From positions 6,884,001-6,948,000 of the forward strand of contig NC_087249.1 of NCBI RefSeq assembly GCF_037042905.1: a DNA stretch of 64,000 nucleotides, given 5' to 3'. Position 1 is the first letter of the stretch; each line of letters starts with the position of its first letter. A program made the position numbers and the translations under genes. Source of the stretch: Lytechinus pictus (taxonomy: Eukaryota). A model generated the notes under the pieces. It had not been told where the DNA came from and did not search any database. It was given only the letters and a program-made list of their open reading frames with translations. Shown piece after piece: positions 1 to 11,475 of the stretch.

Positions 1-3000
1 TTATTTATTTATTTATTTTTTTTTTTTTTGGGGGGGGGGAGGGCAGCCCCATCTCTACGCCACGGGGCCCGTGATTTTATGCTATGATGACGTTTATAAA
101 GTAGATCAAAGTGCGATGTCTTTTAAGTCGATCACTTTAAGGTTCAGTATGACAAAACAATGTATTTACCAGACATTGTTTTAACTTTTTTTTATAATTT
201 CTTGTCGCCTTCAATTCTATAAATAGATAGAAAAGGTTGTCGAACGATAAACTTTTCAGTCCAATTTCGATTGTTGGATGGTTACTCACAAATTATATGG
301 GTTACACATCAGTTTCCAGATATAGGCCGAAGGTCTTGTAACTCTAGAACCCATGTAGCTTTAGGAATCAACAATTATGTGGTGCTTATAGAGGTATAAT
401 CTATATCTATGCTGCTGCTCCACTATTTGTAGTATAAGCCATTTTGTAATTCTATTTTGCGCATGAGCAGATGAAGTTCATTGGCCATAAACCTGAATAT
501 TGTTTTTTTTTAGATCACTGAGATTACCACGATTATCTAAAATTTAGATTTTAACATATTATGCTTGGTATTTAAAAAGTGACAACAATGTGCTCCGTCA
601 AGTTTGGCATTTATGGCCGTACGTAGGATTTTTTTCGGGGGGGGGGGGAGACGCGTAAAAAGAGAGGGACAGAAGCGACCGAGCTTGTCATTGGGACGCT
701 TTTGCATTTTCTAGAGTAACTTTACAGGATTTCCTGCTCCATTTGTGAACATTTTCAGTAAAGAAACCCCGTAGGTTTTCAAAATTTCGGGGGGGGGGGG
801 AGGGGACATGTTGGTATTTTAGAATGTGTCATAAAAATAGCAAATTACTTAAAAGCTGACAATGTGAAAGTAGCTCTCCAAATTGTGGATTAACGTAACC
901 TAAAAGTCGTGTCAACTAATCCATAAAAAAAATCCTTTATCAGAGTTGAATGTCACAGATCATATACCAGGCAAGCTCATGTAGTATCTTCTTTAAAGAA
1001 AGAAATAACAATTTAGTAACTATTTAATCGAAAATATTAAAGATCTTTGCGAAAAGTTGCTTTAGAGCTAATTACGAATTGATCAAAATGTAAACGTTAA
1101 CGTGAAAGCGTTGCATGCGGTTGATTAAACCAATCTAGCGAAATCTTACAAATTTACTTCACATTTATCACAAGCTCGATTAAATTTATCCGAATTATTC
1201 CAAACATTCGAATTCAGTAATATAGTCAATTTTACTTGAATCTAAATCAATCTTGTTTTCATGCCCCTGTATCTTTTTGTTCCGGTCGAAATCACACAAT
1301 CAGGAGAATTTATATTGATACGCTTTGATGTATATATGTGTAATACAATAAAAACATACTAAATATAAATATTTTTTAAGAAACTCCTTCCACCTTGTAA
1401 TTTCATTTTAAAGATTTAAAAGAAAATAAAGATTTATTTAAAAGACAAGTAAATGACAAGCAAATTACATGAATTTGATTTTATACCCGGAAAACATGCA
1501 CGCGATATTTCTTTTATATTGCGGTAAAGTCAGTTCTATCCACTCTTTCTTTCTTTCTTTCTTTCTCAAATTTTCCTCCTACCTCAGTTTATAATTTTTT
1601 TTCTGACGTCATAGTTGAATAAATTAGACCACAATATCCCTGTGAAAAGAAGATGGGTTGAAAGCCACGGATATCCGCCCGACACAAGCCCTGTTCATGA
1701 CCTCTTGTTACTCGTCAGCCCCATGATCATCTAAATATTGGTTTTGGGGGCATGGCCCCCGTGTGGGAACCGATAAAGTGAAATTGTTTTGGACTGATTT
1801 CATTAGTTTTGTTTGTCGGATTAGATTTGTGAAATCATTGTTTCAATTTGTATCAGCCCCTTTATCTGTCCTCTATCCCTTTCAAGGTTTTTTTTTTTAT
1901 ATTATAAATGCCAACGTGACCAACTTTCCTCTAAAAAATATACATGTCGAAAATTATTCCCCCTCCCAACATCTCTTTTTGTTAGTGCATGTGTGGTGTT
2001 TGAAAGGTATGAGCGGGTATATATGAGCCCGCGCCCCTGTGTGTATTACCCCCCTCTCTCCCCCTCGATCTCCCTCTCTCTCGCTCTCGCATTTTCGTTG
2101 TCATTTCCTCTATCTTTACATATATCTTTCCCTTTTCAGATTTTTATTTATCTTCCACGCCAAACTTTCACCCCATGCTTGCTATTATTCTCTAAGAACA
2201 ATACAAGGATATAGGCATATATACCTGAAAGGCAAACAAAACAATAAATGGTTTCCTCTTTAAAGATGTTTTCTTTTCTCCGTTTTTATGACATAGATTC
2301 CAGACTTTTCTTCACCGATTTGTCTTCAAAATATAAAGATACTGCTGGTGATTCTGTTAGATATTTTGTTATGTCATGCAATGAACTGGAAACTATTATT
2401 CTTAATGACCTGTCATCAAATCATAAATGAAGGTGATCATTATTGTATACATCTAAAGGTTTCCATGGCGAAAAAGAAGGGGAGGGAAGTGGGTTTCACG
2501 GTACACCATGTATTCTCTCATGGGAATATATTGGTCCTTCTAGGAATGGTCCTTTTTAGGACCAACATATTCCCCCGAAACAAACGTGATGATTATTATT
2601 TTGAAGAAAAATCAATGAAAATAATGTTGAAACTCAAATGATAACGAAATCAAGAGTCGTGGTTTAGATGATGTTTATGAAAAGCACATTTCCAGGAGGT
2701 CCAATGAGATTGATTTTAATTTCATATGAAAAACGAAAGTATCCATCTTAAACCAATCTAATTAAAAAGAAAGAATCACACCAAGAATCGCATAAACGCT
2801 TTGAATCTGCTTAGGTCTTTTAAAAGACGTTTTGTAGTAATACCTTAGAATTATGATTGAGCCCCAAAAGTGAGACATATTACATATTGGTTTATCTTTA
2901 TGATATACACTAGGTTTAAGATAAAACTGAAAACCTCCATTCAAAAAGATATTTAAAAGAGGAATTGGACCGATCCGTTGAATCAGCTCATGTTTAAGAC

Positions 3001-3728
3001 GTTTAACGGGTGTCCAAAAGAAAGAGGAAAGATGGATATTAAGTTGGTCAAAACTTTGATGTATTAATTGTTTAGAATATCTGTTACTGAATATGAATTT
3101 GATGGGATTTTCTTTTTTTTATATCGTGATTCGGTCGCACGTTTCTGCGATCTAGGCCAAATAAGCCTCTCACAATGTAAGATGCAAGATGGAAGCTGTC
3201 GCATCCGTGTCCATTCTCGTTGTTCTATATTGACACGCATAAGAGTTCTCTCATAGAACATACATCTGCATTAAAGGCAACCCCCGACAATATATGCTTG
3301 GAACCTGTGGCCAAAATTTCGAAATGTGATCATGACTAAATTGTTCTAAATGCGAGCATAAAATTGAAACCATTTTCTAAAATCAATGATCTTGATGCTA
3401 TTTTTCTCTTCATAACAAAATGCTTTAAACAACGATGCGAACGAATTAAACACTAATTTGAAGGCGAATTTAGGCCTACTCAACATCTTCGGTTTCGTCC
3501 CTTCCGCGAATCCTGGTACTGTATGGGCTATTTTTTTCCTTTCATAGGAATTTAAAAAGCGAGATTAATGTTGTAAAATCGTCAGGATCGATTTTGAAAA
3601 GTACGCAATATTTTTAATTTATTGTCATCCATTAAAAAAAATATATATCATGTACTTGAAATTTGTAATACGTACACCTGACAACAATAACCACGGAGTT
3701 AACTATTTAAGCTCTGTGACAACGCAAC

Positions 3729-3836
3729 TGCGCACTATTACATCACAATCATGCCGCGCATTAAAGTTGACGTCATAGTGAAAATATTACCTCACAATGC
3801 CCAATGCGCATCACGCATGCGCACTTGAACGCCAAT
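3729..3836 (+). promoter_or_regulatory. Putative proximal promoter of gene 1 (CRE, two CCAAT boxes, NRF1-like motif)
   Basis: TGACGTCA at 3768-3775; CCAAT at 3801 and 3832; CGCATGCGCA at ~3814-3823; direct repeat TATTACATCACAAT/TATTACCTCACAAT at 3736 and 3785; lies just upstream of a donor-terminated first exon. Confidence 0.55.
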
Positions 3837-3839
3837 CCT

Positions 3840-4033
3840 TGGTTGTGTTTTGGAAACGGTAAACTGCACCACATCCTTCAAAGTTTCAGTTTCCAGTACA
3901 CGTTGAAGTAACTCTCCAAGAAAGAAAGAAAGGAGTTGCAACGACAAAATGTTGATCCGCATGGATCAACAAGGAAACATTTGGAACTAACTGAAAGAAT
4001 TAAGAACTGTACCGTCAGCGTCAGGAATCAAAG
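3840..4033 (+). other. Putative non-coding first exon of gene 1, containing a uORF (3949..3990, MLIRMDQQGNIWN*)
   Basis: Ends in AAG|GTAAAT donor at 4033/4034; carries an in-frame TAA upstream of the ATG at 4812 after splicing to 4800; start position approximate. Confidence 0.5.
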
Positions 4034-4060
4034 GTAAATACTTTTTTTTTCCAGTAGGCC

Positions 4061-4760
4061 TAATTGAAACAATATTGAAGACGTGATTGATTACTTGTAA
4101 AATATAAGAGAGGAAAATGAGAGAGAAGAGGGAGAGGGGTGGGTGAGAGAGAAGAGGGCGGGTAGTAAATTTTTCCGTCAGCAAACAGGTAAATTAATAT
4201 TTTTTTAATATTCAGTAATTAAGCAATATTGAAGAAGTGATTAATTACCTTGTAAAATATAAGAGAGGAAAATGAGAGAGAAGGGGGAGAGGGGTGGGTG
4301 AGAGAGAAAAGGGCGGGTAGTGAATATTTCCGTCAGCAAACAGGTAAATGAATATTTTTTTAATATTCAGTAATTAAGCAATATTGAAGAAGTGATTAAT
4401 TACCTTGTAAAATATAAGAGAGGAAAATGAGAGAGAAGGGGGGAGAGGGGTGGGTGAGAGAGAAGAGGGCGGGTAGTGAATATTTCCGCCAGCAAACAGG
4501 TAAATGAATTTTTTTTTTAATTTTCAGTAATTAAGCAATATTGAAGAAGTGATTAATTACCTTGTAAAATATAAGAGAGGAAAATAAGAGAGAAAGGGGA
4601 GAGGGGTGGGTGAGAGAGAAAAGGGCGGGTAGTGAATATTTCCGTCAGCAAACAGGTAAATGAATATTTTTTTAATATTCAGTAATTAAACAATATTGAC
4701 GAAGTGATTAATTACCTTGTAAAATATAGGAGATGAAAAAAGGAGAGAAGGGGGGGGGTA
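4061..4760. repeat. Minisatellite, ~155 bp unit, ~4.5 copies, in intron 1 of gene 1
   Basis: CAATATTGA anchor recurs at 4070, 4224, 4379, 4536 and 4691; near-identical purine-rich units, each containing CCG(T/C)CAGCAAACAG|GTAAAT. Confidence 0.95.
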
Positions 4761-4811
4761 ATGAATCTATAAATTGTACATCCTTGTATCGCATTATAGA
4801 TTGAAGTCAAG

Positions 4812-4955
4812 ATGACTACAACCAGTGTAACTGATGTCATGGAGTGTGGAGGTCGAGTGACCAATGAAGAAGTTCTTATCTTCGTTGATGCACCACTCGT
4901 CGTCCTTCTCGTTCTCGTAGTCGTTTTCACAGCTGTGGCGTCGATGGCATCAAAG
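4812..4955 (+). CDS. Gene 1 coding exon 1: uncharacterised 781-aa multi-pass membrane protein (N-terminal TM/signal anchor)
   Basis: Acceptor tatAG|4800, ATG at 4812, MTTTSVTDVMECGGRVTNEEVLIFVDAPLVVLLVLVVVFTAVASMASK, donor AAG|GTTCGT, phase 0. Confidence 0.75.
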
Positions 4956-5552
4956 GTTCGTCAAACATTATATAACTAAAATTAATTTTTAAAATTTAAC
5001 TGTGCTCAAATCTTATGTTCAGTTTTTTTTATCCCGAATTCCTCCTTTTGTTTTTCTTCTTTGTTATTAAAATATGGACCATTCCTTGTAGTGATTTGCA
5101 AAAGATTTAGATTAAAATCTATCTGAAATGGACATTGATCTTAACTTCAAATTTCTTAATCATCCATTAGAGATCAGTCTCAGTAAGTGTTTGATCCAAC
5201 TTTTATTGAAATTACCATTATTTCGAGAAAAAAAATTCCCATGTTACTTTAATGAAAATTTAAATAAATAAAAACAATGCAAAATATTGAATTCTAAGGT
5301 GTATGTCTATGAATTTTAAACATCAACTAAATATTACATTATTTTCCTTTTTGCTGCAATAAAGAAAACGTTTACCTGTAATCTAATGTCAATAAGAACA
5401 CTTGTATTATTTTATTTCTGAAAAAAAAAAGATATATAATTCTACTTTTAAGTGATGTCTCAAATTCTCATGCAGAGTGAAATGGACATGTAGAATGTCC
5501 ACCATGGTTAATAAAACTTTATTTTTAAAATGTTTCTATACATGTATCACAG

Positions 5553-5689
5553 AAGTCTTCTTCAGTTCCTGGGGTTTGTACGATGTTTCTTAAGATGAGC
5601 TCACCAGCCTTCTTACGTAACAGACGTCGGCTCAGGGACCAAGTCATCTTCGCCAGAGTTACTGATACAAACGACATTTCTTGCAACTG
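5553..5689 (+). CDS. Gene 1 coding exon 2
   Basis: Acceptor cacAG|, open in phase 0 (KSSSVPGVCTMFLKMSSPAFLRNRRRLRDQVIFARVTDTNDISCN), donor TG|GTAAAA, phase 2. Confidence 0.75.
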
Positions 5690-5924
5690 GTAAAAACTAC
5701 TTTTTTTTAAACTGAAATAAGTATATTCTTAGAATTTTGTTTTTCTTAACAGCATAGCAATGATAGCCCCCAAAAGGTGATGATGAAATTGTAATGGATA
5801 AAGTAAGCTCTAACAAATGAAACAGCTGCAAGCTGTTGATTAGCATAATAAAGTCTTGATTATACATGGACATTCTTAATCCACCTCACCCAAACCAAAA
5901 CTCTTTCCTTCCGATATCATGCAG

Positions 5925-6092
5925 GGTTGAATTCAACCCACGGCCCGGAACGTCATACCTTGATCTGCCCCTCCCCTCGAGACAAAGTCGCCTCACATTG
6001 GTTGAGATGAGGATCACGTGTCCTGATAAAATATACCATCGCCCATCTTCTCAATATTCTGTATGGAGCAAGAGCGCCACATCTCAACTGAG
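5925..6092 (+). CDS. Gene 1 coding exon 3
   Basis: Pyrimidine tract then gcAG|; phase 2 completes TGG (Trp); frame matches ORF 5866..6096; donor AG|GTAAGC, phase 2. Confidence 0.8.
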
Positions 6093-6391
6093 GTAAGCAC
6101 ATAGCACCTTCGTCCTTTTTCTCTTTAAAAGAGTATCACATGTATTGAACGCTTTATATTAATTAATGAAATTATTCCCTGATATAAAAGTTAGAAACTT
6201 TTACAAGGTCTTTGGTAGGCCTAATGCTTTTATTGAATAATGATAATAGGCATTTTTAGGCACAGCACTCGATTTGAAATTAAATCACTGATTTGAAAGA
6301 TAATCATTGTTCATATACACAATTAAGTCGGCATCTATGAATGATAGAATCAATTTACATACATTCATTAATATTTTCTATTGTCTTTTAG

Positions 6392-8288
6392 ACGCCTGAT
6401 GCCTTTGTCAATCGAAAGCCGTCATCTTGACTATGAGGTAGACTCTTCAATCACCGATGTTACCACATCATCAGATGGCGCTAAGGTGGAATACCCTCTT
6501 ACCCCTCGACCCATCAAGTCATCTACGCAAGATATCATCGAACGTGGATGTCTTGTCTGGCTGTCACTATGTCTGGCAGGAGTTTTGAGTTTTGGCATCT
6601 CCCAGTACATCAATTTAGCCTACTCAGAATTGGCTACTGCAGTGGTAATAAACGCAATGGACATTCTTGTTACCTCTGCAAATGCCATAGCCGCAGTAAT
6701 ATCCGGTATTCTCGCTTTCCTATTCGTCAAGATCTTGGCGACACCATTTCGTCGGTCTATCAGACGTCGACGACGAGGGAATTATCGTCGTCTTGGTTCT
6801 CATACCCTCGGACGTGATCGTGGTGGTGACATCAAAACATCCGTTACATCATCACCAATAGTTCAGTCCTTCGAAGCTGTCGGATCAGATATTCATGCAT
6901 CAGTTGATTGCTTGGCGACCAACAAGGCCGTGGATCCTCAGGCAAAACTTAGAGGGTTTGATGAACGAACGTCCCCAGATGAGCTGACAATGGAAGATGA
7001 ACTATATGACACCCAAGTTGATTTGGAAGCTTCTTTAAAGTCCACCAAATTCTTGGAATGCTTGGAAAATTGTTTGACTCTGAAGAGCCCAGATCCGAGT
7101 ATGAGTAGTCATTCCCTTCCTTCATCAGCTTCTTCGATAGCTTTACAGTCTCCTGCTTTCTCCTCAGTTTCATTTGAATCCGAGGATATCTGCCCACAGA
7201 CCATTCAACCAACAATGGCCAAAGCAGCAGGCTCACAACTTGCTAACGCACCTTTAGAGGTCACAACAGCAAGCTCACCAATGACCAACGAACCAGCAGA
7301 GGTCACAGGAAACAAACTGCACATAATCACCAAACCCATGGTGGAAACTTATGAAGAGCACCCACTTACCAACAAACCAGCACAGATAGGAGGAAATTTT
7401 CCTTTAATCCCCAAATCAATGTCCTTGTCAGAACTGGACTCTTTGACTTTGAAGAGCAAGAATCAAAATCCCAGCCGCCATTTCATGTCGACCTCGCAGA
7501 CAACACTGGCTGACCCTCCTGCTTTCTTCCAACCTCCTTGTGAACGGGTAAGTAACAGCCCATTGGCCAATTCACCCGAACAAATCAAGAAGGAAAGCTC
7601 TATTTCAACCAACCACCTCACAGAGATTGCAACAGAAACCTCGCCAATAACCAGTGGTGAAAACTCACCTCAGTCCAACCATCCCGGGATCATCATAAAT
7701 GAAACCTCAGTAGTGATCAACAAACCTAATGTTACAAAAGAAATCAATGCTAAACTTGTCAGTCTTCCAAATTCTTCAGATTCCAACACATCATTGAGCT
7801 CGTCCTTTACAATAGAATCCCTGCCAGAAATATTGCCAGGAGGAGTTTACCAAACAGAAAAATACATCTATACCGAAATATCTTGTCCTTGGCACCACAA
7901 ACCCTGGTTAGGTGACGATCAATTCCAATCTGATGTTTACCTGGATTGGCTCAATGACTACAGTTACCGCGGTGACCACGGTAATAGTAGTTACAACAAC
8001 AACAACAATGATAATAATGGAAGCACCCACGACCTTGATATTGAAGAACGCGTTGAAGTAGCAGAATCGACTATCAAGATTACCAAAGGCCATGCAACCT
8101 TGTTCGTATCATTATTGGCAGTATTAGGATTTGTGGTGGCCATCCACATATACGTGACGAATGCTCACCTTTGTCAGAAGACCTTTGAAGCTTTTACAAT
8201 CTCTTGGGTCTTAGCATCATTAATCCTCTTATTTATTTGGACCCTGATACAATTTTACAACCTCTGCCAGAACTGCATCAAGAAATAA
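6392..8288 (+). CDS. Gene 1 terminal coding exon: two TM segments, long S/T/P-rich loop, two C-terminal TM segments
   Basis: Acceptor ttctattgtcttttAG|, phase compatible (AG+A = Arg); 635-codon ORF ends TAA at 8288; joined CDS 2346 nt = 781 aa + stop. Confidence 0.88.
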
Positions 8289-8648
8289 TTCATAAAACCC
8301 TTCTAGTATTAATCCTGAAATGAACAACAACTAATTACGAGGAAAAGACAGTAACATTTAAACCGTTGAGATAAAGGACAACAAAATGAGGGAATACTTT
8401 GAAATCATGGACGAGCATTAAAAGAACGAAAAAAGTTACTAAGAAGAAAAGCAACTCAACAGAACTCAACAATGAATCCGAACTTCTTCAAACTGAAACC
8501 GCCAATGCGCAGACTTTGTCCTTCACATTCCAGGAAGTTCACGAACTCTTCCAAAAAAATAAAATAAAAAAAAACTGATTAAATTAAAATAACAGTCAAG
8601 TGGCGAACATGGTAAAATCACCTATATGCAATGATTCAATTTGTGATT

Positions 8649-8666
8649 AATAAATGATGGAATAAA
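8649..8666 (+). terminator. Candidate polyadenylation signals of gene 1
   Basis: AATAAA at 8649 and 8661, followed by a T/GT-rich stretch, ~370 nt after the stop. Confidence 0.5.
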
Positions 8667-9098
8667 AATATACATTTGTCTTTTAATCATCTGTGTAGTA
8701 TTATGACTCTCAACTTAGAATATCGTGTATATGTGTAAGAGAGGGCAATTTCTCTGATTCATTTCAATTTTGCATCTCGAATCCTATTAAGAAACTGGGG
8801 GGGGGGGGTGCGTATAAGATTCAGGTCGAAAAAATTGTAGTTTACAGGACCTGACGTTATCTGCTTAAAGTCATGCCGTACGTGTTTAACATCCATCTTG
8901 CACAAATGAATAAAGCGGCTTCTCCAGGTAAGCGTGTATTACACCTTGAAAATGTAGCCCTTGCAAATTTAACACGAAGGTGCAAAAAAATGTCCGACGA
9001 TAGTGATCACGGAATTAGTTTATTTATGCTTTGGTTTCGGCTATTGCTCAGGTATTGCGTGAATCTTGATGACATTTACGCAGTTCTTTGTTAATTAA

Positions 9099-9686
9099 AG
9101 GTCAAGTCCACCCCAGAAAAATGTTGATTTGAATAAATAGAGAAAAATCAGATGAAACTTTCATCAAAATCGGATGTAAAATAAGAAAGTTATGACATTT
9201 TAAATTTTCGCTTATTTTTCACAAAACAGTGATATGCACAACTCAGTGACATGCAAATGAGACGGTCGATGATGTCCCTCACTCACTATTTATTTTGTTT
9301 TCTATTGTTTGAAATATACAATATTTCATTTTGTACAGATTTGACAATAAGGACCAACTTGACTGAACCATATGGTATTAAACAATGCTAATTCCACATG
9401 TTTATGGAGGAATTAATCGTTGTTTCACTGGACAATGAGGAGAAAATTAAAATATTTCATATTTCATATAATTAATAAAAAAAACAGTAAATGGACGACG
9501 TCATTAGTCTCCTCATTTGCATACCGACCAGGATGTGCATTTAATTGTTTTGTGAAATTAAGCGAAACTTTAAAATGTCATAACTTTCTTATTTTACATC
9601 CGATTTTGATGAAATTTTCAGTGTTAGGCTTGTTTGATTTTTCTCTTTTTAATAAAATCAACTTCTTGTTGGGGTTGACTTGTCCT
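9099..9686. mobile_element. Kolobok/T2-type MITE, family A
   Basis: TTAA on both sides (9095-9098, 9687-9690); AGG...CCT termini; long imperfect TIRs; homologous to 24746-25305. Confidence 0.85.
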
Positions 9687-10924
9687 TTAATGATAGCCAA
9701 GATAAGTTTACCAGGGGATTCAAGCTTACTGAGAAATAAAAAGAAATATGGAACAAGTGCGCATGGAAAGCGACATTATTTGCGGCTTGATTATTATTTT
9801 ATTATTATTATTGCGTAAAGTGTCGGTTGTGCCAAAGACATTTAGAACACCCTTTTTCTGATGTTCATTGCTCTATGGAAGTTTATATCCCTGCATGGTA
9901 AATAAATTAAAAGTTGCTGTTTTTCTGAGAGGTTGGAGAAGGAAATAAGCAGGAGTAAGCATGAGGTGACCTCCCCTACGACTGAAAGTAGAAGGAGACA
10001 GGAGAAGTATAAACGAGAAGAGGTATTCTAAGAAAATTTAAGAAAGATAAGGGAATGATATAACGAAGAATGGTTTGATCATGTACAGTGTATATACTAA
10101 TTCTATTTAGAGAAGAAATGGCATCCCCCTCAAGGTCGTCATTTCTATTGGCATCAACCTTGGAAACGCGTCTGAAAAATTAAGTAAAGTTTTACCGTAG
10201 CTTAGTTCATATTCTTCCTGATATCTTAGATTTAAGGAAAATAACATTCCAGGATGTGTACCAGCCGTCTCTCCAGCAAATAACATATTTTAAATGTGAG
10301 CATACTTGTTACTAGCCACTCCATAAAATAATACGTCACATGAAAATGTTCTTGGGGCCATCTATTTCTTTTAAATATATTTCAAAATGATTTTGCCACA
10401 TTTTTTTATAAGGTCAGAAATAAACATGCAGCAAACAGGTTTCTAGTTGAGAACTACTTTCCAGTGTCATTTTTTAGGACTAGGCCTTTTCGTATGGACG
10501 CAGGCTATAATCCAAACAGCACATTTGATATAATTGATTAGCCTTTTTTTTCAAATTAAATCAATTTATTAATCATTTTTTTTATTCAAAATTAATTCAC
10601 CTGAACGGTGAAAACATAGCGCCTATTTGCTAAATGAGATGAATTACCGCGTCTTGGACATCATTCGCTTTGACCTGCGCCCTCTTCTGTTTGATATATT
10701 CCATGTTGTCAGAATCTAAAGTGAATAGTTGAATCACCGTGAACAAGTGCTCCCATACCTTATATATTCCAGTGCTTGCTACTGCTGATAGCACAGACTC
10801 CCAAACTCGTGAGCGGAAGGGGGCGACAGGAGTCTCAGGCAATGAACAGGTGGCATTTCGTCCTCATACTCGGGGTACTGCAAAGGTTTGCGAGTGCGTC
10901 GCTATAACTACTGTATAGTTTGGA

Positions 10925-10986
10925 TGACTCAAATCGGCGGGTATTCCACTATATAATTTTGTCATTGGCTTCTGCCTGCTTCATTC
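10925..10986 (+). promoter_or_regulatory. Putative core promoter of gene 2 (AP-1, kB-like site, TATA, Inr)
   Basis: TGACTCA at 10925, GGGTATTCC at ~10940, TATATAA at 10950, TCATTC initiator-like at 10981 (~31 nt after TATA). Confidence 0.45.
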
Positions 10987-11475
10987 GAGAGCACCCAACA
11001 AGGCAGTGAGGACGTACTGAAAATAGAGCAGAGAGAATAAGGTATTTGGAAAAAAACACTTGTCAAGTTCGGTGATTCATATTAGCTCCATACTGGATTA
11101 CATAGAAAGTGATCAATTATTTACGACGGTCGAGGATTTTTATGGACTTGATTTGAATTCATGGATTCTATACTACTTGTATTTTGACACATATCAGTCA
11201 ACCTTTCATCGAAGATGTGATCCAGAGTAAACATACGTGCTTCGTTAGTGAACATTGTGCTACATATTATTAGTCTTTAGGGATATTGTAAGCTCAACCA
11301 GAGACGGATATTTAAAATTTTTACTCAGACTCTCACATCAAATTCGTGCTCCTGGCAGAGAATTATTTCCACTTTGATATTCTATGGAAAAGGTAGATTC
11401 GAAACCCGAACTGGATCTCAGGGATTTAGTTTGAACGGAAGTATCATTTTTGGGGGATTAATCGAACAGATACAA

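Noticed and set aside
4061..4760. CRISPR-like array (also 19441-19852, 32870-33110)
   Set aside because: No unique spacers, no cas genes, eukaryotic context
6381..6391. TTG start of the 635-aa ORF
   Set aside because: Lies in the intron acceptor tract; the frame is entered by splicing at 6392
8873..8933. ATG-containing segment ending in CAG|GTAAGC as a leader exon for the Ig gene
   Set aside because: Peptide is not hydrophobic, and the donor is phase 1 whereas the plausible acceptors in the Ig ORF are phase 0
9420..9818. 132-aa ORF and similar short ORFs in MITEs (24942, 40048, 43097, 60516)
   Set aside because: Fall within non-coding MITE copies; frames are not conserved between copies
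11374..11475. TTG-initiated N-terminal extension of the Ig ORF
   Set aside because: Non-ATG start and not a convincing signal peptide; ATGs at 11476/11482 have good context
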